The notes beneath the pieces are model-generated. The model was not told the DNA's origin, ran no database searches, and saw only the letters and a program-made list of their open reading frames with translations. A stretch of DNA of 63,970 nt, filler included, from Phoronis australis (Eukaryota; Animalia; Phoronida), in NCBI GenBank assembly GCA_002633005.1. It is 8 parts of 8 records of this genome, joined end to end, with 100 filler letters (N's around TTAATTAATTAA, not from the genome) between each part and the next. Parts side by side here need not be neighbours in the genome. Positions count along the whole stretch, not along the records: positions 1 to 4,019 come from NMRA01002745.1; positions 4,120 to 8,509 come from NMRA01002603.1; positions 8,610 to 21,821 come from NMRA01000345.1; 5 more parts are not named here. One strand, 5' to 3'. The first letter of the stretch is position 1; every line of letters begins with the position of its first letter. Of this stretch, positions 1 through 11,917 are shown piece after piece. The translations under genes and the position numbers were made by a program.

Positions 1-179
1 AGGTCCACTGCTCAATCTGCAGGTTCACTACTGCGATTCCGAAGGTTCGCAACCTTCGCGGAAAGCTAACTACTTCGATTCCGAATGTCCACAAACACCG
101 AAACCAGAGCTCCGAAATTCATTGTTCTGGTTGACTGCTAAAGAGCTGGAACTGACATGAATAAAATATCCATTTTGCA

Positions 180-650
180 ACCATTTAAAGGGTGTGCAAG
201 AACTGAGTAGTTCTAGAAACGTTGATTACGTTGTTTACAGAGACCAGTTCTACTCACTCTCAATCTTGAATCTAACTAACAACTTATTCTCAAGCAAAGA
301 CAGCATATGGGCGACCAACGGCGGTTTTAAATTTAAGAAGACTGAATGGGACTCTCTGATTTCGTGAAGTCTGGCAGGGATACGGTAGCCTCCTAAGAGT
401 ACATTTAGTTTCGACCCGGCAGTGTGCGTCGTTCCGGTGGGTGAGGTTGAGGTCCAGCGGCCCAAACTTTTCAGTCGTGCTGTGAAATGATGCCGTCTTG
501 ACATGGATTTGATGAAGTTATCTCACTTCATATTCTTTTAACAATACAAGTATGTACTCATTTTCCGTATCCGTAAGACATGCGGGCAGTTTTGCATTAG
601 CATGAAATCCAAACAAAGTGTTTTAGTCTCGAGGCGTTGATTTGGATATA
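180..650 (+). mobile_element. Non-autonomous DNA-transposon-like repeat (TTAA-AGGGTGTGCA end, Kolobok-like); inverted second copy at ~48480-48975
   Basis: Collinear blocks (aatcttgaatctaacta, ttaagaagactgaatggga, gctgtgaaatgatgc, cttgacatggatt, gcgggcagttttgc) recur as reverse complements at 48500-48970. Confidence 0.6.
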
Positions 651-1184
651 GGTACACCTCTCAGCGCATCTAATAACCGATGCATCGTTTATTTTTGCAT
701 TTTGGATGTAAAAGAATAAAATTACACAGGGGCGGATCCAGAGTATTAGTCAAGATTTTGCACGTCAGACATTTGCACCCCCAAACTGCCCAATGGAATG
801 TGGAAGAATTTTAGGGGAGGGGGCATGAGCTCCTTGGCCCTCACCCTCAAATCCGTTACTGTGAGTCCGAAACTTCATAGATTTTCATAATGGAGAACCT
901 CCGGAGTAGCGAACCTTTAAAGAAGTGAACCTTCGGAATAGTGGGCTGTTACCATTTCCAGTGCGATGTACATGTAAGCAACACGCAAAACCATAACTAG
1001 ATAAAAATTTTGCCTAGTCATTCTGTGACTACAGTATATATTTCCGTCCGAGTATGTAATGAAGAGTAATCACTCATTAAGCACGCCTGATTTGAAAGTT
1101 TGGCAGGAGGTAATGCAAAAAAGTTCTGTTTCTTGACAACATTGCATTCGAATTTGAGTCCTGTTCTTCTTTCGAGCAACTGCA

Positions 1185-1350
1185 TGCGCGCACTCAGGGA
1201 GCTCGGTTTCTTCGAACGAGCCCCCCTCCTCCTCCCCCACTTGGCGAAGTCGGCAAAAAGGTCCCTCTCAGAGAAATAAAGACTCCGGAAAAAGTTGAAA
1301 GCGAGACAGAATTCCGCACAATTCATGCAGTAGCTCTGAACGTAAGCTCC
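1185..1350 (+). repeat. Dispersed repeat family (core ggcaaaaaggtccncctcagagaaa); other copies at ~25900-26030 (-), ~49500-49580 (+), ~58800-58955 (+)
   Basis: The shared motif and flanks are visible in four places. Confidence 0.6.
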
Positions 1351-1893
1351 CAACTTTTCAGGCTCAGGCTGGGAGAGCGCATGCAACCGTCACGGCATCC
1401 TCATTTCTGGTATTACGAATTCCGTCTCATCTCAGGAACATACAGCTGAGGGTCATTTTTGTGCATATCGATTGCCCTGCTCCGTAATTAAGCTGCGCCC
1501 ATTGCCTTACCAAGAACTCTACAGTGTCGACGCTTGCAAAATATCAAAGGTCCACCGTTCTAGAAATTCGAATCAGCCCCCACGCAATGCTGGCTACGGG
1601 CCTGCCTTCAATAGTTAGAGCCATTTAAAATTGGTGACGTCTAGAGCAAATGTCGGACAGCGACGATTCGTCGAAAACTTGAAAAACAAAAACATATCAA
1701 AGTCTTTCACCGGCTGATTTTACCAGAAACTAAAAGCTTCCCGCGACGTACGATCATCGCAACTTTGACATTCTTAACTTGATGGAAATTAATCACAATC
1801 AGTGAGGTAAGTAAATTCATGGGTTCGCTTTGAAAAAACAAATATCCAGCTATGGTGCAGATTTGATTCCCTGGGTAGATATAACCGACTTAC

Positions 1894-2075
1894 TCTTCTG
1901 CGGATCGCAGACGACTCCGGCCGTTTGGAATGACTGGCACAACTTCGCTGTCTTAACTTCGTATTGACACTTATCGAGTGACGCTTCTGAGCCATGGCAA
2001 GAGACCCTTGTCACGCGAAAGACACCGATGCCATTACCATAGTTTCCTCTGGTGACTGTTTCTTCAACTCTAAGA
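1894..2075 (-). CDS. Internal exon encoding the C-terminal half of a scavenger receptor cysteine-rich (SRCR) domain
   Basis: Translation LRVEETVTRGNYGNGIGVFRVTRVSCHGSEASLDKCQYEVKTAKLCQSFQTAGVVCDPQK fits the SRCR pattern (G.G.G.I....V.C.G.E..L..C ... C.....AGVVC). Flanked on the - strand by a pyrimidine-rich acceptor ctttgtcttctacag (AG at 2077-2076) and a donor gtaagt (1893-1888). Phase 2 start, phase 1 end. Confidence 0.85.
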
Positions 2076-2185
2076 CTGTAGAAGACAAAGGCACCCAATC
2101 ACACTTGGAATGAGAAAGTTGCCGAGTTCCTCAAAACACTTCGCACCAATGTGACGAGTTAATAGCAATGTATATATGACCAGGA

Positions 2186-2334
2186 ATCCGTTCAGTAACG
2201 CTAGGACCTCGCTAAAAAGCAAGACTTCGCGAGATAACGTGAGATATTGCCGTGCATTTTAAATGAGAACACGTGACTTTGACTAGGTTTAGCTAGGTCC
2301 TAGCGTAGGTCCTAGCGTCTACTGAACGCACGCC
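2186..2334. mobile_element. ~145-bp MITE with terminal inverted repeats; partial inverted copy at ~47725-47842
   Basis: TIRs cgttcagtaacgctaggacc / ggtcctagcgtctactgaacg. The internal sequence is near-identical (reverse complement) to 47725-47842. Confidence 0.7.
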
Positions 2335-3755
2335 ATTTGCCGATTTGAGCAACTGAACGAAGAAAGTTTGATGATGGGAGTGTTTGATCAAGTTGTAAGG
2401 TATTAAAGACATCGATGGTCTCTTAAGGTGTTCTTTTCTCACATGACATGCGTTATGACACGACTGGTTATTAACACCGAGTAAGTGATTTTTTGATGTT
2501 ACATGGATTAACACAAAGTAGTGCGACGTAGAAATCCATACGCCTTACATTGTGTCGTCTGCAAAATACTAAAACAACCAAACGTGTGCCAACCAAACAA
2601 AGCCGGAATACCGAGAACGTGACAAGGTTATGATTGACAAATCGGGTGTTGCAACTGTACGTATTCAAAGTCGGAAGGACATGCAAACATCTTCTTAAAC
2701 GGACCCATCTTTGGCGGTGACTTCAATATCCACGTTCATTCAAACGGAGAGGAACCCCAACTCAAAAAACGCAGTGAGACTGTCTAGTTGTGCTGTCGGA
2801 AAGTCAATTCAGTACTCACGCGCGGGGGAGCCCTGCCGACTTTTATTTAGAACTATTTGTTAAGTTTTAATATTACAACTTCCAAGACTATTTATTAGAT
2901 TCTAACTTGAATGTCATTTTGTTACGAAAGCTGAATGCAATGTACAATTGTTAAGTTTAAAACAAAACTATTATCAATAAGTAACTGAGTTTAATTTACT
3001 ATGCGCCAGCGTGTTTTTACAAAGTTGCGCCATGTTGTTGAAAGTTTTATACACGTCGAGTTTTTCTGGAAAAAGGTCGTTTTTACGCCACATATGAGAC
3101 AACACGCAAGCATCGGGATTTTGACGAAATTTCCAAGAGGTTCTTCCCATGTCATAAACCACAGACGAGTGTAGGATACTCTATCTATTCGCAAAAGGTA
3201 ATTATAGCAACGTGACTGTATGGGCGTGAGGCAAAATTTTCCGAAAAGCTTCCGATGTATGAAAGGCCTATGAGATGGCCACCGTCTCTATTGCTAGTCG
3301 AGACGGCACTGCTGCCTCGCCATGGGAATGTTGCCGTGAATTTGCTCTGTAAAGTTGTAGGCGACATGTATTGGAAAGAACAGAGGTGATTACTGCGATA
3401 GCACGGCAGGAGTTCTAGTGGAAATGTTCTAGAAGGTGGTTAAGTAAGAAACATTAGTCTTCTTACACGTTACATGCTGGTCATATCAAGTGACATATCT
3501 AGTTAAATGTGGAGAGATCTCTGTCCCGAACAAGTGCTCGTAACAAGACGTTACATTGTATGCTAATAATGAAGACTGTTTAATCCACTGAACTATGACG
3601 ACAATCGGTTGATTACAGACTTAGGTATAAGTCAGGTGATGTGACCAGCACATGGCTGGCAAGAAAATTAATAATTTTTACTTAAACCGTATACCAAAGC
3701 GATCAATTGCAACAGCTCAATGATATTTTGCGCTCCCACATTCGATCATGACAAT

Positions 3756-3767
3756 TGTGTGTGCCTG

Positions 3768-3845
<78 letters not shown>
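3756..3845. repeat. (TG)n microsatellite
   Basis: About 45 TG units, slightly interrupted. Confidence 0.95.
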
Positions 3846-3847
<2 letters not shown>

Positions 3848-4019
3848 CGCACTAAGAAGTGTAGATAAGAGGCCTCCTATCGAGTCTTGTTTGATTTCTG
3901 TAATCGACTGGTGGCCCCAATACTGTAGCTCAGTGGACTAGAGCGTCTGCACGATTATTAGGGAAAGTCCTAAATTGGTTTTGTAAAATTTAATTTGTCT
4001 TTTACTTTTTGATGTCACG

Positions 4020-4119
4020 NNNNNNNNNNNNNNNNNNNNNNNNNNNNNNNNNNNNNNNNNNNNTTAATTAATTAANNNNNNNNNNNNNNNNNNNNNNNNN
4101 NNNNNNNNNNNNNNNNNNN
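4020..4119. other. Assembly gap spacer (N-TTAATTAATTAA-N, 100 bp); identical spacers at 8510-8609, 21822-21921, 42817-42916, 48289-48388, 51356-51455, 62344-62443
   Basis: The same N run with a central TTAATTAATTAA (stop codons in all six frames) occurs seven times. It is an artificial contig linker. Confidence 0.97.
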
Positions 4120-7100
4120 GGCACCATGACACAATTTGCTGCAAATGACAAAGTAATGTTGCAAATGACTAGTTGCATTTACACGGGCCACAGTTGACTT
4201 GGAGCAGCTGACGCACGCAGAACAGCTGATCGGGCAAAAGTGCATGAGCATACATGACTGTCAGAGGGCAAGTTGATACCACGGCAGCCATTTTTGACAC
4301 TGGCTTAAGAGGTGGAGCAAGTTGCACTTGACCAGTGTCACTACACAATCTGAAAGCAAACTTGTTCAAGGTGGAAGATATCATCTCATTTATCCTTGTG
4401 TAAGAACAAATTTACGGGTGGTATTCCAGGAGTTTGGACATTCGCTATTCTTCATGTGAGCATGTGCAGACAGTCTTCATGTGAATGACTCGTCCTTATC
4501 CAGTTTGCAATCCATTTTCATGTAATTAGAACTGAAGTGGAGCAACTTGCAGCATGGCAACTCGCACCGTGTCAACTGTTCTTCGTGTCAAAAAGGCTTA
4601 ACTGTAGGAATGGGCACTGGAGTTAACTACAACGGTTGTGTCGTTACCAATAGCACAATAGCACCGCATGACTAACTGCTGATAGCGAGCATTACTCAGT
4701 CAACATATGAGCACCTAAGCCAATAGTGGCGTTCAAGGGACATCATTGGCAAGAAAAGTATTTTGCTGAGATCAGCCTCAGAACGAAATGGAACTGGAAC
4801 TCCGGTAGTCATAGCCAAATGCCCTGCTGACAGAGCTGAATCCCACTTATTAAATGGCGAGAGTATTTTAAGCATGTTTAACTGGAGTCTCTGGCGTTTA
4901 TTTCAATGAATGTCTGTCAGACAATGGTGAGAATCGGCGTTCTGTAATCAGATGAAAAGTGGCGGTTTTGTTGATAGCTCTGTTCCAAGCTAATAACTTC
5001 ACAAAGTCTATTCCATCCAATAATAATCGCAAAAATGTTTTTCGACTGTACACCTGATAGTCCCTTTAATCGACCTTTGCAAATATTAATCAAGCTTTTG
5101 AACATTGCAAGAGTTTAGAGTTGTTTGTGCAAAAAATAATCGGGCTAAATGTTATCATTCCAGCAACTGAAATGTTGGGTCATTCCGTCTTGATTATTGT
5201 TGGTGCGTTCTGGAAGACCACAAGTTAATTAAGCTTGGAATTATTGGAACCAATAAAATTAAGTCATCAACAAGCTTGACTGAGCTTGGTCACAATTTGC
5301 TAAACTCGTCTTCGCTCATTCACACCACCGTGGCTTTCTCGCTCAACACGTCGGGCTTATTTGCCTATATATATTTTTTTATTATATGGCACATATTTTT
5401 CAGCGTTTTTGGAATTCACGATAGCCTTACGTAACACTCCACCTGTTGGTCTGAAAGATATTAATAATTTTGCCCACGAACTGAGAGCCTCATGTTGCCG
5501 TGAGGGTCCTGTCTTTGTGTGAGCTTGCTTAACTTCGGTTGTTAAAAGGCAATGACCTGTGGAACAACTAATGATGTAAAAAGCTTGAATTACAAATCCA
5601 ATTATAACAGTGTATGGTGATCTCAAGGTTGTTTTTAAACCATGGACAAGTGTGTACTATGGCACGGATGTGTTTGTTATTAACAACCTTGTGCTTTAGT
5701 AAACCACAAGTAAGATTATGTTCCCAAATGATTTCTAAATTTTTTTTGGCTGCACTAATTTTATTATTGAACTTAAAATCCTGACGCACACACTCTCTGT
5801 TCCGTTTTGCTTTAAAACTTTTACGGTCTCTTTAAAATTGGTCTCAATGTGTTCCTTATTGAAAATAAAATTAATTTTGCTCATGGGAAGAAGTGACATT
5901 TTGCATCTACTTAAAGCCAGCCTCATTAAGTTAGGTTGGTTGGCCACGAAGCGAATTTTGAGTTGTTGCAACAAGTGCGAAAAACTGTAGTTAATCTACA
6001 AAATAATCACATTTATTGCATACGGTTATGAGATGCAGAAGCTGTTTTAAATCTGCCTTCGATAAAAGAAACTTACTGATTTAGAGCCCATTCATAGCTC
6101 TATTAGAGCCGTCGCAATTTGTTCCTTACCGAGGGAAGAAGTGATTTTTAGGCCTGGAAAGAACTGGTGATTCCTTATTATTTGGGACTGTTCTACACAC
6201 AGAAAATGACTCGTCGCGCCTGGTCTTGGCCTATTTACAGATTTATAAATGACTTTCTCATCCTGTTTGACTGATGAAACAAAATAGTTCTTTAACCTTC
6301 GACAGTCCTCAAAAGTTTGGAGCAAAATTTGGAAACTCCTTACGTACCAAGTCTAGTAAACAGGTGCGCGTGACCTATACTTTAAGCGCGTTACACAACA
6401 GCTGTAGGTTAAGATTGAATGTACCAAGAACCGTAATATCCAATATTTATAACTTAGAGAGTGTGTGTTTTAGTTGATTCCCACTCAAATGGGACGCCAT
6501 TAGCCGGTTGTTGAACCAAGATTGATTGAAATCACCAAAACAGGGTTTTGTTGTCCTTTTAATTTATTGACCTTGATCTTGATCAATAGTAAACTGTTAG
6601 TTCTTCGCTTACCTTGAAATCACCGGTGACCTGACTGAGGAAAAAATTGAGACCAGTTTTAAGTCTAACTGAAAATTTAGTTCCTTATGTAAGGCAGGTG
6701 TTTATAGTGCCTTTGGTAGACGCTCTGCTGTGTTGAGTGACTATAATTATATGATTTGCCTGTCACTGCCTGCTGTTTCTCTTAACTCTAGTCCAAAGCA
6801 TGTTTTGTTGCAGACTGCACTTTCCAGGAAACTATCTGTTGGTTCGCTGAAACTCAGTCCTACTAAGGTAAAGTCACGTCTCCATGTCTCTGTCCTCGTC
6901 ATATCTAGATGTTGTCCTCGTCACATCTACACATGGTCTCTCTGTGTTCTGTTTGTCTGATTACAACCAACCAAACTTGAACTTTTCAACCAGGAACTTA
7001 ACCATTGCTTTGTACAGGGCTGCTTCTTTAGGCACACTGTTTACACTGGGAGGTTTCTTGCATTGCGTTGAAACAAGTCAGTTTATTGGGATTTGAATTT

Positions 7101-8609
7101 TTTAGGAGTGATAATACAACCAGTATAATATTAGAAACTGTTAAAAAAACTACTGGTTTTGTTGCCGAGATTGTTTTCTTAAAATCACTTGAAACGGCAA
7201 GTACCCCGGCAAAAGTTACCGAGTTGTTCTAAAACAGTTGATATTAATTCAGTGGCCAGTGGCACGAGGACTCCTTGATGTCCCCAAAATGGATTTGTGT
7301 CACTGATTGATCTCTCCTGTTAAGTCATTACTACATCAAATTTTAGCTTTGATAATCATCAAGAGTAAATAGTTCCTTGAGTTCTTAATGTTATTGAAAA
7401 TGAATAGAGGTCTTTTTGTGCTACACCCCTAATTTAAAAATTTAGTCAATATTTATCTTATTGAATATTAGGCCCAGTTTTCAGATATATTAATTTATTA
7501 GAAAACGTCACAAACAAAAGAAGGGCTCACAATTAAGATTAAGTTGCAAAAAATATTAGTGAGTAAACAAAGTCTTCAAGTGCCCTGAAAATGTAGGGAA
7601 CATTAGGTGAATCTCTAGTGGGACTTGTTTCATACAATTTTCCCAGACATTTTGTAAAAGCCCACATGTAATAACAATGTTAGATGTTTACATGTTTGGG
7701 CATGTCTCTCAGAGAGAGCACCAGACCTGCATTCGAATGCAACCCTAACTCACTCACTCTAAAATGTGATGTCTAGACTTTGAACTACACATTGTAATCC
7801 AATTGAAAGTTATATACAAAAATTGAATCAATTGGATATAGATTGTTATCACCCCAACCGATCTGCTTAAAAGTTTCAGGCATAAAAATGCAAAAACTAT
7901 TTTGTCATGCTTGGCTCGCCTTTTACTCTCTTGAAATAATTCTCATTATTTCTTACGGTTATAGGATTTTATTTCCATGACCAACTCAAGTTGCAGGCAA
8001 TGCTTTCATACAGCATTTTCAAATTTCTAAGCTTAGGGTAATAGCCAACCCTAATAAAGCCTGGAGCATTGTCTTGAGTGCTGATAGTTTCAAAGATCTT
8101 GTGGGTAATGGAAATTGAATCCTATCACGGTATGGAATATTATGAGATTGATTTTCTGAGAGTGAAAGGCCTTTGATACTTATTTTTAACCAGCTAAACA
8201 GAGCGACACACAGCAGTATTGTGACATTTCAAAATCTTCAGTTTGGGAAACGGGTGGAATTTTATTAATTGTCAACTTTCTTAAAACATCTTTTAATTAA
8301 GGTATCATTGAACCCATGCTGTCGGTCAAAAACACGGTTCTTATTTAGGCCACTTACAGTCATGAAATTGATCTGAAATTGTTCCTAGTCAAAATATTTT
8401 CTGGTCTTGGAAATAACTAACAGTTTGTTATTTCTTTAGATCAGACTCATAAATTTTCATGAGCTTGGTCTGAAAATAACGTACTGTCAGTCCTTCCCAA
8501 GTACAGAGANNNNNNNNNNNNNNNNNNNNNNNNNNNNNNNNNNNNNNNNNNNNTTAATTAATTAANNNNNNNNNNNNNNNNNNNNNNNNNNNNNNNNNNN
8601 NNNNNNNNN

Positions 8610-8900
8610 GATAAAACGTCATTGTGCTCGGCCACACCAGCAACCAAGCGAGATAGCTCCGCTACCGAAAAGTTCGGCTTCCTTTTGTCCATGTCGTCTG
8701 CTGCAAAAGCGCTTCTTTCTCCACCTCCAAGCTTTGAAACTTCCACATCCGGTAAGCTACGTCAAACTTAAGACAAAACTTAAGTCAAAAACTTAAGACG
8801 AACTTAAGATCACTTTCTTGGAACAAACTTAAGATTTGTCTTAAAATTGACTTAAGTTTAAGATTTGTCTTAGCTAAGACAGTTTTCTTGGAACGGGCCC
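8610..8900 (-). mobile_element. End of a PIF/Harbinger element: terminal/subterminal repeats plus the start of the Myb/SANT-like DNA-binding ORF, cut by a gap
   Basis: ORF MDKRKPNFSVAELSRLVAGVAEHNDVL (8692 toward the gap) matches the KRKPNFS..E...L...V Myb/SANT-like motif of Harbinger ORF2/NAIF1-like proteins. The terminus reads GGGCCCGTTCCAAGAAAA on the - strand, with many CTTAAG subterminal repeats at 8765-8880. Confidence 0.75.
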
Positions 8901-10351
8901 AAGCTTTAGTTTTTGTTCTCAGTGTACTCGCATAGTATTCAGGTCTTGGTGCATATTGTTGTATGTCAGCACATTCGAGTTCGTATATCCAGCTGTTATT
9001 TGTTTTATATTTTTGATGTCATAAATTTGGTGGGTTTTCTTTTATTTCTTCTTTTATTAAATAATGTGATACCAAAAAGTGTGCACTATCAGTAATCCTG
9101 GACCGAGACCTCACTCAAATGCAGGTCTTTCGTACTCATGAAACTTGGAAGCAGGACAGGCTAAATATATTAGTTATTATTGGATTAAATATTAGGAATG
9201 CATCCATTTTTATCAGTAAATGAGCGTATAATATATCCATACACATTTATATTAAATAAGTTTAATTGGAAGCAAGAATTAATAAACTAAATGTGTCACC
9301 CCGCTGCTGGGAGACAGTCATTTCATGGTATTACACCAATGGGTCTCCAATACACACCAGCTTTGAAATAATGCAGGAAATACATTATAAAGGCCTCTTC
9401 TTATCAAGCACCTGTTTGTGTTGTTCCTTGGCCTGGTAATGAAGGCAATAGATAGGAGCGGGTATTCGAATGCTGGCTGCATAAAATAACTGAAGTTCCA
9501 CTACAAGTTCTATCTGTGTGTTTCCATGCGTATTTGGAACAAACGGCTAGTAAACAACAATGGGGATAATCAATTAACCGGTGTTTTGACAAGTTTTCAT
9601 GTAAATATTCTCTTCTTAAAATTAATTGTAAATTATAAAGGCTATTGGACTTGTTAGCTAAAATGCCTACATCATAAACCAGGATAAAAAGAAAACCTGC
9701 CTATTTTTAAGATTAATATATGTATACTCGAAATGACCACAAAACGTTTCAAATGCCTTTAGTGCCTTGTAATTTAAAGATTAACCCTTTTTTCTTGTAT
9801 GGTAATGTAAACTTAACTTCATCATGGCCTTGGGACCAGTGTAGCAGTGTGTGGGCTGTGCAATGTGGGCATAGGAATACCATTGGTTAGGTGTTTTTAG
9901 AAAGGGAATGAAGGAGACACGTAAGTCTATACACCACTAGAGGGGGTTAAACAAAAGCTAATTCATGTAGGTAATGCAAGGGAAAGGTACAAATGCATGA
10001 GGGGAAGACACAAGTTGATGACTCGTAAGTACAGTTAGCATGATTATTGCACTTCACATCTGATAACTAAATGTTTCTTTGTTACATGTAGGTTCAAGAA
10101 TTAGCTCATCATCAAATCTCGACAAAAAGTAGGAATTCCAGAAAAAGATGTTGAGAAAATTAGGAATGCCTCTAAACAAATAGGAAAACGTTCAGCTTTG
10201 AGAGGCATGGGTTCATGTGCAAGATAAATAAGAAAAACGTAACTACCAACCGTACCTGACTAAAAACAAAAATTATGTTCGTGACCATGAGTAAAGGGCA
10301 ATGTTCTTGTGGGCATTGGCTTGTAATCTGATGTTCAAGAATTTCATTTAC

Positions 10352-10899
10352 TTACAAGGGGTGTGCCATTTCCAAGCGTTTCTCTAAAGCCTCACCATGA
10401 CAGTTGTCACCACAACTATCATCACATTCATGATCACTGTCACTGCACTCATCCCATTCTTCATCATCATCGCTTTCACATACATCTTTATTCATAGTGA
10501 AGAAGTCATGCAGAACACAGCTACTAAATATGAACCTACCATACGGTAACAATTTTTGTTTCATTAGTCATTTCCATATATATAATATCTTTCAGTGGAC
10601 GAAATTTACCTTTTAGAAGTCATATAGACCGTTTTACATCGCAGCCTGTTCTTGTATGTGCTACATTGAAGTTCTTTTCTATTTCTGTAAGATGTCCATT
10701 ATTGCGAAACTGAACCAACATATAGTCCTTGTTTCGATATGCAGTCTCCTATTAGATGGTACTCTGCTGGCAATCTGTCAGTCAACGATTCCAAATCGTA
10801 TTGACCTAGAGGCGAGTTCCAAAACACACAACTGTCGTGTGCTGATCCAGGATAACCACAGAAGATGTCGGTGAAGAGCAACCTTCTATTGCAGACAAC
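10352..10899 (-). pseudogene. PIF/Harbinger (HARBI1-like, DDE_Tnp_4) transposase, 3' exon, frameshifted
   Basis: Motifs VVCNRRLLFTDIFCGYPGSAHDSCVFWNSPL, YHLIGD and IFSSCVLHDF followed by an acidic tail. Acceptor aatttaaag|GTT at 10901-10899. Confidence 0.85.
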
Positions 10900-10919
10900 C
10901 TTTAAATTGATAATACGCA

Positions 10920-11878
10920 TGTAGAATTAAGATTAAAGACATATTAATAAATATGTTCCACTAATATTCAACTACAGTCAAGTGACCTAATTATCGGACG
11001 TTTTGGCACATTTTGCAAAGTATTTAATTGAAAATACTACTGATTGTTGTAAATTCTTTGCTGAAATAAAGATTTACCTTCACGGAATTGTTCTGTTACT
11101 ATATCTTGTCACTGAAAGCCACATTTATGTTCCGACTGATCTTCAAAAAACACAACAACCAAACCTTCGGAGAACCTAAATATCGGACACCATGTTTCTC
11201 CATACGCCACACCGCGGAAAACTGACTAACCATGTAATGGCCGCGGGCACCTTGTCGCCAAATTTCAGCTCGAGTGTTTTGACATATATGCTGCTAGAAC
11301 CCAGGTCCATTCGCAACAAAATTATCCATAAAATGAAATCTGATGACGGCGCCAAGTCAGTTCGATGAATTAGTGCAGACGACTAAAGCACGTGCAAACT
11401 CAGGGCAGTTTTTAGTATCACTTTGGCTTCTTGACATGACACTCGCACGTGCGCTGTCGGGGATTGACTTGAGTTTAAAAACAAATGAAAAAATGGAACA
11501 GTAACATATTGTTAGTTCAATGAGAAAGTTTCATTGTGGAAAAAGATTTTATTTTCAACTTTTACAACCGATTTATGCGATCGTCCATTTTAGGCCGACT
11601 TGGGGGTCTAAATTGCACCCTCTCTCGGTGAAATCAAAACGAGGCAACGCTGTAAAAAACGAGACGGTGCCGGACATTGAATGCATTACAACGGAACAAC
11701 AATTGGTGTCATTTAATTCTCAGATTATGCTTCAAGTAAGATTTTTTGAAATGTCCGATATTTAGGTTCCGTCCGATAATTAGGTACACTATGTGTACAA
11801 ACATAACATTCCAAATCAGAGAGCGTTCTGCTAGAACGCGTCATCATGAACGTGATATTAAATATCGCGTATGCGACA
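10920..11878 (-). repeat. Gypsy-A 3' LTR (interrupted by a MITE at 10975-11795)
   Basis: tgtagaattaagat...aacta[insert]tacaaacat...atgcgaca. The adjacent tctccctctt (11879-11888) is the PPT AAGAGGGAGA on the - strand. Confidence 0.9.
10975..11795. mobile_element. ~820-bp Tc1/mariner-pogo-type MITE with TA target duplication
   Basis: TIR CAGTCAAGTGACCTAATTATCGGACG versus cgtccgataattaggtacactatgtg. TA on both sides. The empty site aacTAcaaac is present in the other LTR. Confidence 0.8.
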
Positions 11879-11917
11879 TCTCCCTCTTAGCAAAACAAGA
11901 ACTAGAAAACTAATGAA

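Noticed and set aside
3720-3941. Cys/Val-rich ORF
   Set aside because: It is a translation of the (TG)n microsatellite.
8610-10919. Myb/SANT ORF and Harbinger transposase as one element
   Set aside because: A terminal repeat at ~8900 lies between them, upstream of the Myb ORF, so they probably belong to two different Harbinger elements.
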